Positions 18,432 through 28,336 of a stretch of 64,000 bases of DNA are shown here, one piece after another (position 1 is the first letter of the stretch; each line of letters begins with the position of its first letter). The notes under the pieces were generated by a model. It saw nothing but the letters and a program-made list of their open reading frames with translations. It searched no databases and was not told the origin of the DNA. The stretch is taken from positions 136,352-200,351 of the forward strand of contig NZ_SMGQ01000013.1 in assembly GCF_004339095.1 (NCBI RefSeq). Direction: 5' to 3'. Source of the stretch: Natranaerovirga hydrolytica. Lineage in GTDB: Bacteria; Bacillota; Clostridia; Lachnospirales; DSM-24629. A program made the translations under genes and the position numbers.

Positions 18432-19181
18432 ATGATTATAAGAATAGAAGAATTATCTATGAATGCATGGCCATCATTACAAACTCATTTATATGATGGT
18501 TGGATTTTGAGATTTTCTCAAGGATATACCAAAAGAGCCAATTCTATAAATCCAATATACTCATCTGATGCAAACATAGAAGAAAAGATTAAGAACTGTG
18601 AGAAAACATATTTGACTAAAGGCTTGCCAATAATTTATAAGTTAACTAAAGCCTGTTATCCTAAAAATCTTGATAAAATTTTAGAAAGTAAAGGATATAA
18701 GAAGATAGATGAAACATCTGTACAAATCTTAAATATAACAGAAGATTATTCTTTAGAAAAAGTTAGTGGATTGGATATTGAATATGAGTTTACACAAGAC
18801 TGGATTAATTCGTTTGTAGAGTGTTCTAACACTCAAAATGAGTCAACCATTGGAATCATGACGCAGATGCTAAAGAACATTATAGGAGATAAGATATGTG
18901 TCAAAATGAAACTGGATAATCAAATAGTAGGCTGTGGATTTGGAGTAATTGAAGAAAACTATATGGGTATATTTGATATAATCGTAAGAGAAGAAGACAG
19001 AGGACAAGGGATAGGAAAAGCAATAATGCAAGAAATATTAAAAGAAGCCCAAAAAAGAAATGTTTGTAAAGCTTATTTACAAGTAGTAGTTGGAAATTCT
19101 GTAGCTGAGAGTCTATATAATAAACTTGGCTTTAGAGAAAAATATAGATATTGGTATAGAATTAAAAATAGTTCAATTTAG
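18432..19181 (+). CDS. GNAT-family N-acetyltransferase
   Basis: C-terminal GNAT fold with QGIGKAIMQE. RBS GGAGAG before ATG 18432. Confidence 0.65.
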   Translation: MIIRIEELSMNAWPSLQTHLYDGWILRFSQGYTKRANSINPIYSSDANIEEKIKNCEKTYLTKGLPIIYKLTKACYPKNLDKILESKGYKKIDETSVQILNITEDYSLEKVSGLDIEYEFTQDWINSFVECSNTQNESTIGIMTQMLKNIIGDKICVKMKLDNQIVGCGFGVIEENYMGIFDIIVREEDRGQGIGKAIMQEILKEAQKRNVCKAYLQVVVGNSVAESLYNKLGFREKYRYWYRIKNSSI

Positions 19182-19303
19182 TGTACGGGTATAGTTATTG
19201 ATTTATCCTCAATATTAAGTATATGATGTATAGAATTTTGTTAGAGTTAAGTCTATGAATCATATAATAACTATGACGGAAAAAGCAAGAAAGGAAGTGT
19301 TTT

Positions 19304-20077
19304 ATGATTACCATTTATGATTGGTTTGGCTATGAATTACCCATAAAAGAACGTTATCGGTTAATAAAAGAAGCTGGATTTGATGGCGTTTTATTATGGT
19401 GGAGTGATGGCTTTGGTCGGAACGATTATCGCAACGGGCCACAAATTGCGAGGGAAGTGGGGCTTTTTATAGAAAATATCCACACCCCAGTCCAAAATCA
19501 AAACAACCTCTGGCTTGACAATCTGGACGGTGAAACCTTAACCGATTGTTATTTGCAATGTGTTTCAGATTGCGCAGAATTCGAAATTCCCACAATGGTG
19601 GTGCACCTGCCCAACGAAGACTATCCATATAATGAGTTGGGACTGGATAGAATTAAGCGAATCACTGAAAAAGCTGAACAGCTTGGTGTCAATGTTGCAC
19701 TAGAGAATTTACGGAACCTTACCAATTTGGAATATGTGCTGGAGCAAGTGGATTCCTTACGTATAGGGTTCTGTTATGACTGTGGGCATCACTACCGCTA
19801 CTATCCGGGTAAAGATTTATTATCTAAGTATGGCTCCCGGGTGATGGCATTACATTTGCATGATAACGGCGGAGAGTATGAGCAACACCGGTTACCCTTT
19901 GATGGTACGATTGATTGGTCTGTAGCCATGAAAAAAATTGCAGAAACGGGTTATTCTGGTGCCACTGCAATAGAGGCTATGAATTGGGATTATAAGGATT
20001 TATCGGCAGAAGAGTTTTTACAAGAAGCGTTTCAGCGAGCAAAAAGGCTGGAAGCCTTAAAACTTTATAATCCATGA
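19304..20077 (+). CDS. sugar phosphate isomerase/epimerase (xylose-isomerase-like TIM barrel)
   Basis: 257 aa. Noticeably more GC-rich than its neighbours. Confidence 0.55.
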   Translation: MITIYDWFGYELPIKERYRLIKEAGFDGVLLWWSDGFGRNDYRNGPQIAREVGLFIENIHTPVQNQNNLWLDNLDGETLTDCYLQCVSDCAEFEIPTMVVHLPNEDYPYNELGLDRIKRITEKAEQLGVNVALENLRNLTNLEYVLEQVDSLRIGFCYDCGHHYRYYPGKDLLSKYGSRVMALHLHDNGGEYEQHRLPFDGTIDWSVAMKKIAETGYSGATAIEAMNWDYKDLSAEEFLQEAFQRAKRLEALKLYNP

Positions 20078-20104
20078 AAACAAAAATAATTTACAACAAA
20101 CTTA

Positions 20105-20210
20105 TTCTCGTTTGGTGACGCAATTCCTTCATTAGGTGGAAGCACCCCTAAGAAAAAGGACTACGGGGGTCCATTTTAGTAAGTTGGGAATAACAAAACG
20201 CTGGTGGATT
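20105..20210 (+). repeat. attC-like site 17
   Basis: TTCTCGTTTGGTGACGCAATTCCTTCATTAGGTGGAAGCACC ... GGGTCCATTTTAGTAAGTTGGGAATAACAAAACG. Confidence 0.6.
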
Positions 20211-20282
20211 AAACCCTGTAAGTTAATTGGGTACGACAGATGAAAAAGTCAAATAAATAAAGATTACTGGGAGGAAAATTGT

Positions 20283-20888
20283 ATGATGGAATCAGTTATA
20301 AGTCGAGGAATCATAGAATCTGTGATTTATCTATTCATCATGGCAGGGTTGGTTGTTATTCACGAATTTGGACATTTGTTAGCAGGATTTATGCTGGGTA
20401 TACCTAAAAAACGAATGTCCATACAATTTGTTGATAGGAAACCTGAGAAAGGTTTAATGCGTTCTTTAGTATTTTCAATTAGTCCTCACATCGTTCTTTT
20501 AGACAATAAAAACAGTAAAGTTTCGCCTTCACCTAATGAAATGGAAAAGTATGTTGGAATTCTTGAACAGTTTATTCCATCTGAGAAAAAAATGTTTTGG
20601 TTTGTAGCAGGAGGACATACTTTTGAATTAATTATAGTATTGAGTATGGCCATCGTTTCAATTATAAGCAACCACAACTTACTTTTTGAAATGTCATTTA
20701 GAATAACACATATGTCTCTTGTATTAGATATTATTTACTTGTTAATTGATTTGTTCTCTGCTCTTAAATCAAAAGAACTAACAGGTGGAGATTTTTCAGG
20801 GCAATGGGCAATATCTCCAATTAAAACCATCATATTTTATGCATTCTATTTTACGACCCTTATATCTGCATGGATTCTTTTAAAATAG
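20283..20888 (+). CDS. membrane protein with HExxH (M50-like) motif
   Basis: HEFGH within the first TM region. 201 aa. Confidence 0.4.
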   Translation: MMESVISRGIIESVIYLFIMAGLVVIHEFGHLLAGFMLGIPKKRMSIQFVDRKPEKGLMRSLVFSISPHIVLLDNKNSKVSPSPNEMEKYVGILEQFIPSEKKMFWFVAGGHTFELIIVLSMAIVSIISNHNLLFEMSFRITHMSLVLDIIYLLIDLFSALKSKELTGGDFSGQWAISPIKTIIFYAFYFTTLISAWILLK

Positions 20889-20929
20889 ATATAGAAGTTG
20901 TAAGCTATTCAATTTTCACCAAAGTGCTC

Positions 20930-21005
20930 TATCTTTTAACGGATAAAGGCGTTGAGGGTTTAGTTTGGAAAGGTCGAGAACAACAAAAAAATTAAGTGAT
21001 ATTGC
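20930..21005 (+). repeat. attC-like remnant
   Basis: GGTTTAGTTTGGAAAGGTCGAGAACAACAAAAAAATTAAGTGA parallels the site-8 right arm. Confidence 0.45.
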
Positions 21006-21057
21006 CTTTATATTTAAGCGTTATGCTTTAAGGGCATTATCAAAAAAATAGGAGGAT

Positions 21058-21636
21058 TTGATGAAGAAATTAATGTTTTTAATGCTAATTATAGTATTTA
21101 TATTTGTAGGATGTAGTAAAGAAGAGGGCGTTGTGACATCAAGTAAACTTTTTCAAGGTGATGCTAGAAGGCTAGAACCCCATTTAGATATGATTACAGG
21201 CTGTGTAGAGGTCAAGTATAAAGGTGATAAGCAAAATTTAAGTCTTAAATATGAAATATGGGAGGATGGACAACTAAAAGAATCTCAAGATTCACTATCA
21301 GTGTCTATTAACGATAATCAATTTGATGGAGAAGTAAGTCTTTCTTTAAAAGAGAACATGGATACGAATTTAGAAAAAATAGATTCTATGAAACTGAAAC
21401 TGGTTATTAGTGATAGCACTGGGTACAGATCTACAAACTTCACTATAGAAAGTTTTGATCCAAGTTTTGGTTTTGGGCCTGTTGAACTCTATGAAGCAGT
21501 CAAAATAAAGGATAATGAAGAGGTTGCTGTCTGGGGATTAACGGCATACAAAGATGTTTATCAATCTGGACGAGAAATTGAAGAAAGTGTAAAAAAGGCC
21601 GATTGGGGATTTATTCTTAAAGTATATTTTGATTAG
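21058..21636 (+). CDS. hypothetical lipoprotein
   Basis: Lipobox FVGC. 192 aa. Confidence 0.45.
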   Translation: MMKKLMFLMLIIVFIFVGCSKEEGVVTSSKLFQGDARRLEPHLDMITGCVEVKYKGDKQNLSLKYEIWEDGQLKESQDSLSVSINDNQFDGEVSLSLKENMDTNLEKIDSMKLKLVISDSTGYRSTNFTIESFDPSFGFGPVELYEAVKIKDNEEVAVWGLTAYKDVYQSGREIEESVKKADWGFILKVYFD

Positions 21637-21756
21637 GTAACAATCTATGGGTTTAGAGACAAAATCAGCAAATTATAGTACAATAATTTGAAGTATAAGT
21701 ATATTTAAAGTTGGTGTGTTTAAATTTACAAATATTAAAAAGGAGAAAAGCTAAAA

Positions 21757-22364
21757 TGCCATATATTTTTATTCATGGGCTTGGACAAAATTCATCAAGT
21801 TGGGACAAAATGCTTTCCTTGATGACGCAACCTATTCCTACAGTATGCCCAGACTTGTTTGGACTCCTCAATAACAAAGAAGTCACTTATGAGAACTTGT
21901 ACGATGCCTTTGCAGAGTATTGCAATAATATTTCTGGCCCCCTCAATCTGTGCGGGCTTTCTTTAGGAGGCGTTCTTGCGTTGAATTATGCAATAGATTA
22001 TCCTACGAAAGTACAGTCACTGGTGCTAATCAGTGCACAGTATAAAATGCCTAAAAAGTTACTTAAATTTCAAAATATTATTTTTCGCTTGATGCCAGAG
22101 GTTGCTTTTAAAAGTATGGGCATTAAAAAGAGGGATTGCATTGGATTAATAAGTTCTATGATTGATTTAGATTTTACCAAGAAATTGAACAATATATCTT
22201 GTCATACTTTAATTATTTGTGGTTCAAAAGATGGTGCCAATAAGAAAGCAGCAAAAAAGTTAGCCCATAACATATCAAAGTCCCAGCTTCATTTAATAAA
22301 GAAGACAGGCCATGAAGTGAACATAGAAGCCCCTGAGAAATTAGTAAGCATCTTAAGATTATAA
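21757..22364 (+). CDS. alpha/beta-hydrolase fold protein
   Basis: HGLGQN oxyanion region. GLSLGG nucleophile elbow. Confidence 0.6.
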
Positions 22365-22399
22365 GCATACCCTGTACGTTAAAATAAGAACATCTTATG

Positions 22400-22560
22400 A
22401 ACCGAGAGAGTCCATAAGATTAATATATTTTTGCTACAGTCCAACAAGATAAGTGGAAGATTTTATAGTAGGTGGGATTTTCAGTAAGTAAGGCTTAGAA
22501 AACGGATCATAGAGCGTTTTGACATTACCAGATAAGAAAATATTAAGCGTAATCGTTAGG
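22400..22560 (+). repeat. last degenerate attC-like remnant (array boundary)
   Basis: Short palindromes, then GCGTTTTGACATTACC (compare CGTTATCTGACATTC), then GTTAGGT. Confidence 0.3.
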
Positions 22561-22706
22561 TAGTAGACTAACTAGACAGTCAGTGAAAGTTGAAGGGATT
22601 GAGCTTCTAAATATGGTGATTGAAAAGAGTCATATTTAGGAGCAATAAAAAACAATAGGGTTTTGCCATTCCAACGAAAAATTGGAGAAAATGGGAGGAA
22701 AATTAA

Positions 22707-23228
22707 ATGGAAGATTTTTTTGAGTTAGTTTTAAATCGGGAGAGTTGCAGAAGTTATAAAGGAGAACCAGTTAAAAAAGAAGACTTAATAAAGTGCATAG
22801 AAACTGCAAGATTAGCCCCTTCTGCATGTAATGGGCAACCTTGGAAGTTTGTTATAGTGACCAATGATAAAATAATAGAAGAATGCGTTAAATTGACCCA
22901 ACCTTTTACAAAGAACGCTGGTGCTTTTATTATCATTGTAGAAGAAAAACCATCTTTTCAAACCAAAATCGTCAATAAGTTCAAAGAACAAGACTATACT
23001 CAAGTAGATATAGGTATTGTCACGAGTCATATTTGTTTGGCTGCTACGGAACTCGGTATGAGTACTTGTATGTTAGGGTGGTTTAATGAGAAAAAAATAA
23101 AAGAGCTTCTAAATATTTCAGTGTCAAAACGCGTTCGATTAGTTATTAGTGTTGGATATGCTACCAATCAAGAAGTTAAGCCTAAAAAGAGAAAAGATCT
23201 TAGTCAAATACTTACATTTGTTGAATAA
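22707..23228 (+). CDS. nitroreductase-family protein
   Basis: SCRSYK and SACNGQPWKF motifs. Confidence 0.7.
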   Translation: MEDFFELVLNRESCRSYKGEPVKKEDLIKCIETARLAPSACNGQPWKFVIVTNDKIIEECVKLTQPFTKNAGAFIIIVEEKPSFQTKIVNKFKEQDYTQVDIGIVTSHICLAATELGMSTCMLGWFNEKKIKELLNISVSKRVRLVISVGYATNQEVKPKKRKDLSQILTFVE

Positions 23229-23308
23229 AATATTCACCTATGCTAGCCTTAATTTATAGGATGAGATTGTTTGTTAAATATGTATCAAAAGAAGGAAGGA
23301 AGTAGAAT

Positions 23309-23638
23309 ATGGCTACGTTTGATGATTTTTTGAAACTAGATATTAGAGTAGGAGAGATTATTAAAGCAGAAGTTTTTGAAAAAGCTAAAAAGCCTGCATA
23401 TAAACTATGGGTTGATTTTGGTGATGAAATCGGTATAAAAAAGTCAAGTGCTCAAATAACGGAATGCTATAGATGTGAAGAGTTGATTGATAAGCAAGTT
23501 TTAGGAGTAGTAAACTTCCCACCAAGACAAATTGGTGATTTCATGTCAGAAGTGTTAATATTGGGAGTATATGGGTCACAAGGAGTCGTATTAATTCAAC
23601 CAGAACAGCCGGTTAAAAAAGGTGATCGATTAGGTTAA
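23309..23638 (+). CDS. CsaA-like tRNA-binding-domain protein
   Basis: LDIRVGEIIKAE OB-fold motif. Confidence 0.6.
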   Translation: MATFDDFLKLDIRVGEIIKAEVFEKAKKPAYKLWVDFGDEIGIKKSSAQITECYRCEELIDKQVLGVVNFPPRQIGDFMSEVLILGVYGSQGVVLIQPEQPVKKGDRLG

Positions 23639-23734
23639 TTCCATCGATTTGCAAGATTAATCCTATGGGTGTTTTTTATATAAAATGACTAACAAAGAAT
23701 ATTTATATTGTTTTATAGAATAAAGGAGGCATTT

Positions 23735-24562
23735 ATGAAAGTAATAACATTGTTAGAAAATAGAACCATCTCAAAAGAATACAAATGTAAGCATGGATTA
23801 TCATTGTATATAGAAACATCTAATCATAAGATATTATTCGACACGGGAACAGATGATTCATTTGTACAGAATGCTTGTAAGTTAGGAGTGAACTTGGAAG
23901 ATATAGATATAGCAGTTATATCACATGGACACTATGATCATGGTGGTGGACTTGAAGCATTTCTAAAGTGCAATAGTAAAGCAAAAATTTATATTCAGAA
24001 GAGTGCATTTGATAAGCATTTAATAAAACTATTTAAGGTTGTTAAATATAATATAGGGTTAAATAAAAAATTAATTGATAATAACAGGTTTGAATTTGTA
24101 GATAATATGATAAAGATAGACAATGAATTAGTTTTATTAGGTAATGTTCAAGGTGATAAGTTAATACCTAAGGGGAATGATAAATTACTAAAAGAGAATC
24201 GTCAGGGGTTAGTGGTACAAGACGATTTTGAACATGAAATAAGTTTGTTGATTAATGATCAAGGCAAGTATAGTTTGTTTTGCGGGTGTGCTCACAAAGG
24301 GATTGTTAATATAATAGAGAGAACGAAAGACATTATAGATAATGAATTAAACACAGTCATTGGTGGATTTCATTTAATGGGAATGAACATTAAAAAATCT
24401 GAATCTAAAAAGTTTCTAGATGATCTTTCAAGTATGCTTATAATTAATAACATAGATAAGTATTACACATGTCATTGTACTGGCGAACAAGCATACAGTT
24501 ACTTAAGTCAGAAGATGAAGAATCTAGATGAATTAAAAACGGGAAAGGTTATTGAAATATAG
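23735..24562 (+). CDS. MBL-fold metallo-hydrolase
   Basis: HGHYDHGGG motif. Confidence 0.65.
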   Translation: MKVITLLENRTISKEYKCKHGLSLYIETSNHKILFDTGTDDSFVQNACKLGVNLEDIDIAVISHGHYDHGGGLEAFLKCNSKAKIYIQKSAFDKHLIKLFKVVKYNIGLNKKLIDNNRFEFVDNMIKIDNELVLLGNVQGDKLIPKGNDKLLKENRQGLVVQDDFEHEISLLINDQGKYSLFCGCAHKGIVNIIERTKDIIDNELNTVIGGFHLMGMNIKKSESKKFLDDLSSMLIINNIDKYYTCHCTGEQAYSYLSQKMKNLDELKTGKVIEI

Positions 24563-24612
24563 TAGGACTCGCAGTTAATAAAAAAATATAGAAGCAAAGG
24601 AGATAAATTAAA

Positions 24613-25098
24613 ATGATTATTTCTCATATCGTTGCAATAGCAAAAAATAATGTAATAGGTAAAGATAATGATATACCTTGGAGAATACCTGGGGAACAAT
24701 TGAGATTCAAAGAACTTACAATGAATAATACCGTCATCATGGGAAGAAAAACTTATGAATCATTAGGAAGAAAATTAAAAGGAAGAGATATAATAGTCAT
24801 CTCAAAAACATTGGAAGAAAATAATAATCAATACAGGGTGGCCCATACCATTAATAAAGCATTAGAAATGTCAAAAGGAAAAGACGAAGTATTTATTGCT
24901 GGTGGGGGTCAATTATATAAAGACACACTTCATTTAGCGGACAAATTATATATTACTGTTTTAGATGATGAAATAGAAGGAACGATCTTTTATCCTAAAA
25001 TAGATGAGAGTCAATACAATGTAACTTTTGAAAAATACGTTACAGAAGCTGTTATACCCTATACCTATTATACATATGAAAGATTAAATTTTTATTGA
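24613..25098 (+). CDS. dihydrofolate reductase
   Basis: 161 aa. Resembles the DHFR N-terminus (IGKDNDIPWRIPGEQLRFKELT). Confidence 0.8.
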   Translation: MIISHIVAIAKNNVIGKDNDIPWRIPGEQLRFKELTMNNTVIMGRKTYESLGRKLKGRDIIVISKTLEENNNQYRVAHTINKALEMSKGKDEVFIAGGGQLYKDTLHLADKLYITVLDDEIEGTIFYPKIDESQYNVTFEKYVTEAVIPYTYYTYERLNFY

Positions 25099-25229
25099 TG
25101 AACCCTAAAATCGTTAGAGAAACCATATCTAGCGATTTTTTTATAATTAAAGATGCTAAATACATTAATATAGGTTATTCTATAGTTAATAACAGTTAAA
25201 AAGTAACCAATAGAAAGGAAAAAACATAT

Positions 25230-25925
25230 ATGAAAAAATTATTATTAGTTGAAGATGAAAAAATAATGGCAAAAAATATTGCTTTTTTCTTAGAAAGAGA
25301 AGGTTATCAAGTTGATATAGAATACGATGGTATAGAAGCTTTACAAGCATATAATAAGAACACATATGATTTAATATTATTAGATTGGACACTACCTAAA
25401 AAAGATGGATTAGAAGTTTGTAAAGACATTCGCAAGACATCCCAGATCCCCATTATTATGATAACAGCTAAAGGAGATCTATTTGACAAAATTATTGGCT
25501 TAGAAATTGGTGCAGACGATTACCTTGTTAAACCATTTGACCAAAGAGAATTGTTAGCAAGAATTCATGCTGTATTAAGAAGAAATGAAAAAGCCAATGA
25601 CAATGATGCAGCCAAAGTAGAACAATGGTTAGAGTATGACGGTATCAAACTAGACAGAGAAAAATTAATGATACAATTTGAAGACAAACACGTTTCATTA
25701 ACTGCAAATGAGTACAAATTAATGGAAATACTAATGAAAAAACCTGAAAATGTATTTTCAAGAGAGTTCTTATACGAAGCAGTGTGGGGCGGTTCACTAA
25801 TGTACAATGAACGGACAGTGGATATGACCATTAGTCGATTAAGAAAAAAGTTGTTAGAGATGACAGGTAAAAAATATTTTGAAGCCATAAGAGGAATGGG
25901 TTATCGTTTAGGAGGTCAGGTATGA
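25230..25925 (+). CDS. OmpR-family response regulator
   Basis: Receiver domain and winged-helix domain. ATGA overlap with the downstream HK. Confidence 0.85.
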   Translation: MKKLLLVEDEKIMAKNIAFFLEREGYQVDIEYDGIEALQAYNKNTYDLILLDWTLPKKDGLEVCKDIRKTSQIPIIMITAKGDLFDKIIGLEIGADDYLVKPFDQRELLARIHAVLRRNEKANDNDAAKVEQWLEYDGIKLDREKLMIQFEDKHVSLTANEYKLMEILMKKPENVFSREFLYEAVWGGSLMYNERTVDMTISRLRKKLLEMTGKKYFEAIRGMGYRLGGQV

Positions 25926-27283
25926 AAATACAATATAAATTGTGGATGATTTTTTCCAGTTTATTTATAATGGTTTGTATTTTTACCTATATGGTTATTT
26001 CTAATCTATATGAAAATAATCTTCAAACAAGTTATGAGCAAATTTCAATGGCTCAAGGTCATGGCGTTATAGAGCAAGTAAAAAATACATATCCATACGC
26101 AGACAACAGAAGTATTCCCTATTTAAGAGCTTATGGTGAAGAAATAGATGGAAGACTTATTATCTTAGACGATAACAAGGATGTGTTTGCAGATGGATTT
26201 GCAGAACTAAGCAAAGGAACCAATCTTAATCTAAGGGTATTAACCTTAGAATCAGGAGCCTATTTTTATGAAACAGAAGACTTTGGCTATATACAATATA
26301 CCATCATACCCTTTAGGCAGTATGAGATCAATGGATACCTATTAATGATTCAAGATGCAGAGTATTTGAATGTAGAAATACAAGCTTTTCAAAATTGGAT
26401 GGTACGAATATTATTGGTAGCCATTTCTATCTTCTTTATGATTGCGTATTTTATCTCTAATTGGTTTACTAAGCCTATACGACAAATTATCATTCAGTTA
26501 AATAACATTACACCCAATAAAAGGTCTTTCTATTTAAAGTATAGATCAAAAGATGAAATAGGTGCATTAATTCATGCATTAGAAAATATGGTAAACGAAT
26601 TGAACTTATACGGTGAAAGACAAAGAAGGTTTTTAAGCACTTCTTCTCATGAATTAAAAACACCCTTAAGTACCATTCAATTAATAACCGAAAATTTACC
26701 ATATCTCCGAGAAGATCAAGAAAGACATCAAGAATATATACAAGATTTATCTTTTGAAATAGAAAAAATGAAACAAATGGTGGAACAATTATTAGAACTG
26801 AATCAAATATTAGATGTGAAATTGGAAAAAACCTCTATTAATACAATGGATTTAAAAGATTATATTACTCAGTCTTTTCAATATATTGCAGAGGATAAAC
26901 ATATACAATTAAATTTTAAAATAGAACCTATAAAGCTTTTGGTAGATGAAAAGTTATTTTTAAGGTGTATAGATAACTTGATTTCTAATGCCATTCGTTA
27001 CTCGCCTACCAATAGTCAGATTACAATTGGTATGAAGCAGTTTAAAAATCAATGTCAAATCAGTATTTTTGATGAGGGGATAGGTATTTCAAAAAAAGAT
27101 TTGCCCCATATTTTTGAGGCGTTTTATAGAGCCAATGATGCTACTGCGTGGAATCAAGAAGGTAGTGGATTGGGATTATACATTGTCAAGGAAATTGTAG
27201 AACGACATGGTGGGACCATAAAAGTAGAATCAGAAGAAAAGAAAGGAACATGCATTTACATCTATTTGAAAAATGTTAAGTAA
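25922..27283 (+). CDS. sensor histidine kinase
   Basis: Two TM helices, HAMP, H-box SHELKTPL, and GxGxG ATPase region. Confidence 0.85.
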   Translation: MKIQYKLWMIFSSLFIMVCIFTYMVISNLYENNLQTSYEQISMAQGHGVIEQVKNTYPYADNRSIPYLRAYGEEIDGRLIILDDNKDVFADGFAELSKGTNLNLRVLTLESGAYFYETEDFGYIQYTIIPFRQYEINGYLLMIQDAEYLNVEIQAFQNWMVRILLVAISIFFMIAYFISNWFTKPIRQIIIQLNNITPNKRSFYLKYRSKDEIGALIHALENMVNELNLYGERQRRFLSTSSHELKTPLSTIQLITENLPYLREDQERHQEYIQDLSFEIEKMKQMVEQLLELNQILDVKLEKTSINTMDLKDYITQSFQYIAEDKHIQLNFKIEPIKLLVDEKLFLRCIDNLISNAIRYSPTNSQITIGMKQFKNQCQISIFDEGIGISKKDLPHIFEAFYRANDATAWNQEGSGLGLYIVKEIVERHGGTIKVESEEKKGTCIYIYLKNVK

Positions 27284-27399
27284 CAAAAATGTTACATTTT
27301 TTATATTTCTATGATACAAAAGCTGTCTATAATAAAGATATGCTATTAGATAGCAAGTTGAAAACACATATAATAAGATTTAATTGGAGGTTGTTTAAA

Positions 27400-28329
27400 A
27401 TGAAAAAATTAATGATTATTTTAGTAATCGTTATAAGTATGTTTGCACTAAGTGCTTGCGAACAAGGGGATTTAGAAGATGAAATAATAGAGCAGTCAGA
27501 TGGAACAGAGAATCAAGATGAGGATTTGGATGAATCTAATTTATCACCTAATCCAAGTGATGAAGAAGAGGAAGTAATAGAGGAAGTTGTTTTATACTTT
27601 CCAGATAATGATTTAATGCATACCTATCGTGTGAAATCTCAAATCAGTATAGGTGCGGGAGAAAGTATAGAAGAGGAAGCGCTCAAAGCTTGGATGGAAG
27701 GGCCAGAACACGAAAAATTAATGGGATTAATTGGCTCAAGTGTTATTATTGAATATGTAGAAGATGTGGACGGAATAGCCCATGTCAGCTTTTCAAAAGA
27801 AATTCAAGAAGTGAATTTAGGTTCTGGTGGAGAATTAATGTTGATTGAACAAGTGTCTATGATTATGAGCCAATTTGGATATGATAGAACACAGCTTTTA
27901 GTAGAAGGTGAAATTGGTGAATCATTAATTGGACATATCTATACAGGTGAACCTTATGGCGCTAATGACCCAGAAAATTATCTTTGGATTGATGAAATAG
28001 ATTCTGGAGAAATTGCTTTACAAAATGTTGCATTTAGAATTTATGAACCGGCGCCTCATACAGAAGTAACAGATACTATTGTGGTTAGAGGATTAGCTAG
28101 AGTATATGAAGCTACCATACAATATGAATTTGAAGATGGTCATAATATTTTAGACAAAGGATTTACAACAGCCAGTGAAGGTGCACCTGGATGGGGAGAA
28201 TTTGAAATAACTATAGATATAGAAGGTGAAGTAGCTAATAATACAGGAAGTATTATTTTATATGAAGAAAGTATGAAAGATGGATCAAGAATGAATGAAT
28301 TAATTATTCCTGTAGAAGTTGCAAAATAA
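27400..28329 (+). CDS. GerMN-domain lipoprotein with Ig-like C-terminus
   Basis: Lipobox LSAC, acidic linker, and GerMN-like middle. Confidence 0.55.
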   Translation: MKKLMIILVIVISMFALSACEQGDLEDEIIEQSDGTENQDEDLDESNLSPNPSDEEEEVIEEVVLYFPDNDLMHTYRVKSQISIGAGESIEEEALKAWMEGPEHEKLMGLIGSSVIIEYVEDVDGIAHVSFSKEIQEVNLGSGGELMLIEQVSMIMSQFGYDRTQLLVEGEIGESLIGHIYTGEPYGANDPENYLWIDEIDSGEIALQNVAFRIYEPAPHTEVTDTIVVRGLARVYEATIQYEFEDGHNILDKGFTTASEGAPGWGEFEITIDIEGEVANNTGSIILYEESMKDGSRMNELIIPVEVAK

Positions 28330-28336
28330 AGTTTTG

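Noticed and set aside
618-21005. Possibility that the dispersed repeats form a CRISPR array.
   Set aside because: The repeats are 50-140 bp, imperfectly palindromic and mutually divergent. They are separated by 0.5-1 kb coding units rather than 30-40 bp spacers. There are no cas genes.
22707-25098. Extension of the cassette array through the nitroreductase, CsaA, MBL and DHFR genes.
   Set aside because: None of the intergenic spacers here (23229-23308, 23639-23734, 24563-24612) carries an attC-like palindrome or GTTRRRY-terminated repeat. Spacing and RBS coupling look like ordinary operons.
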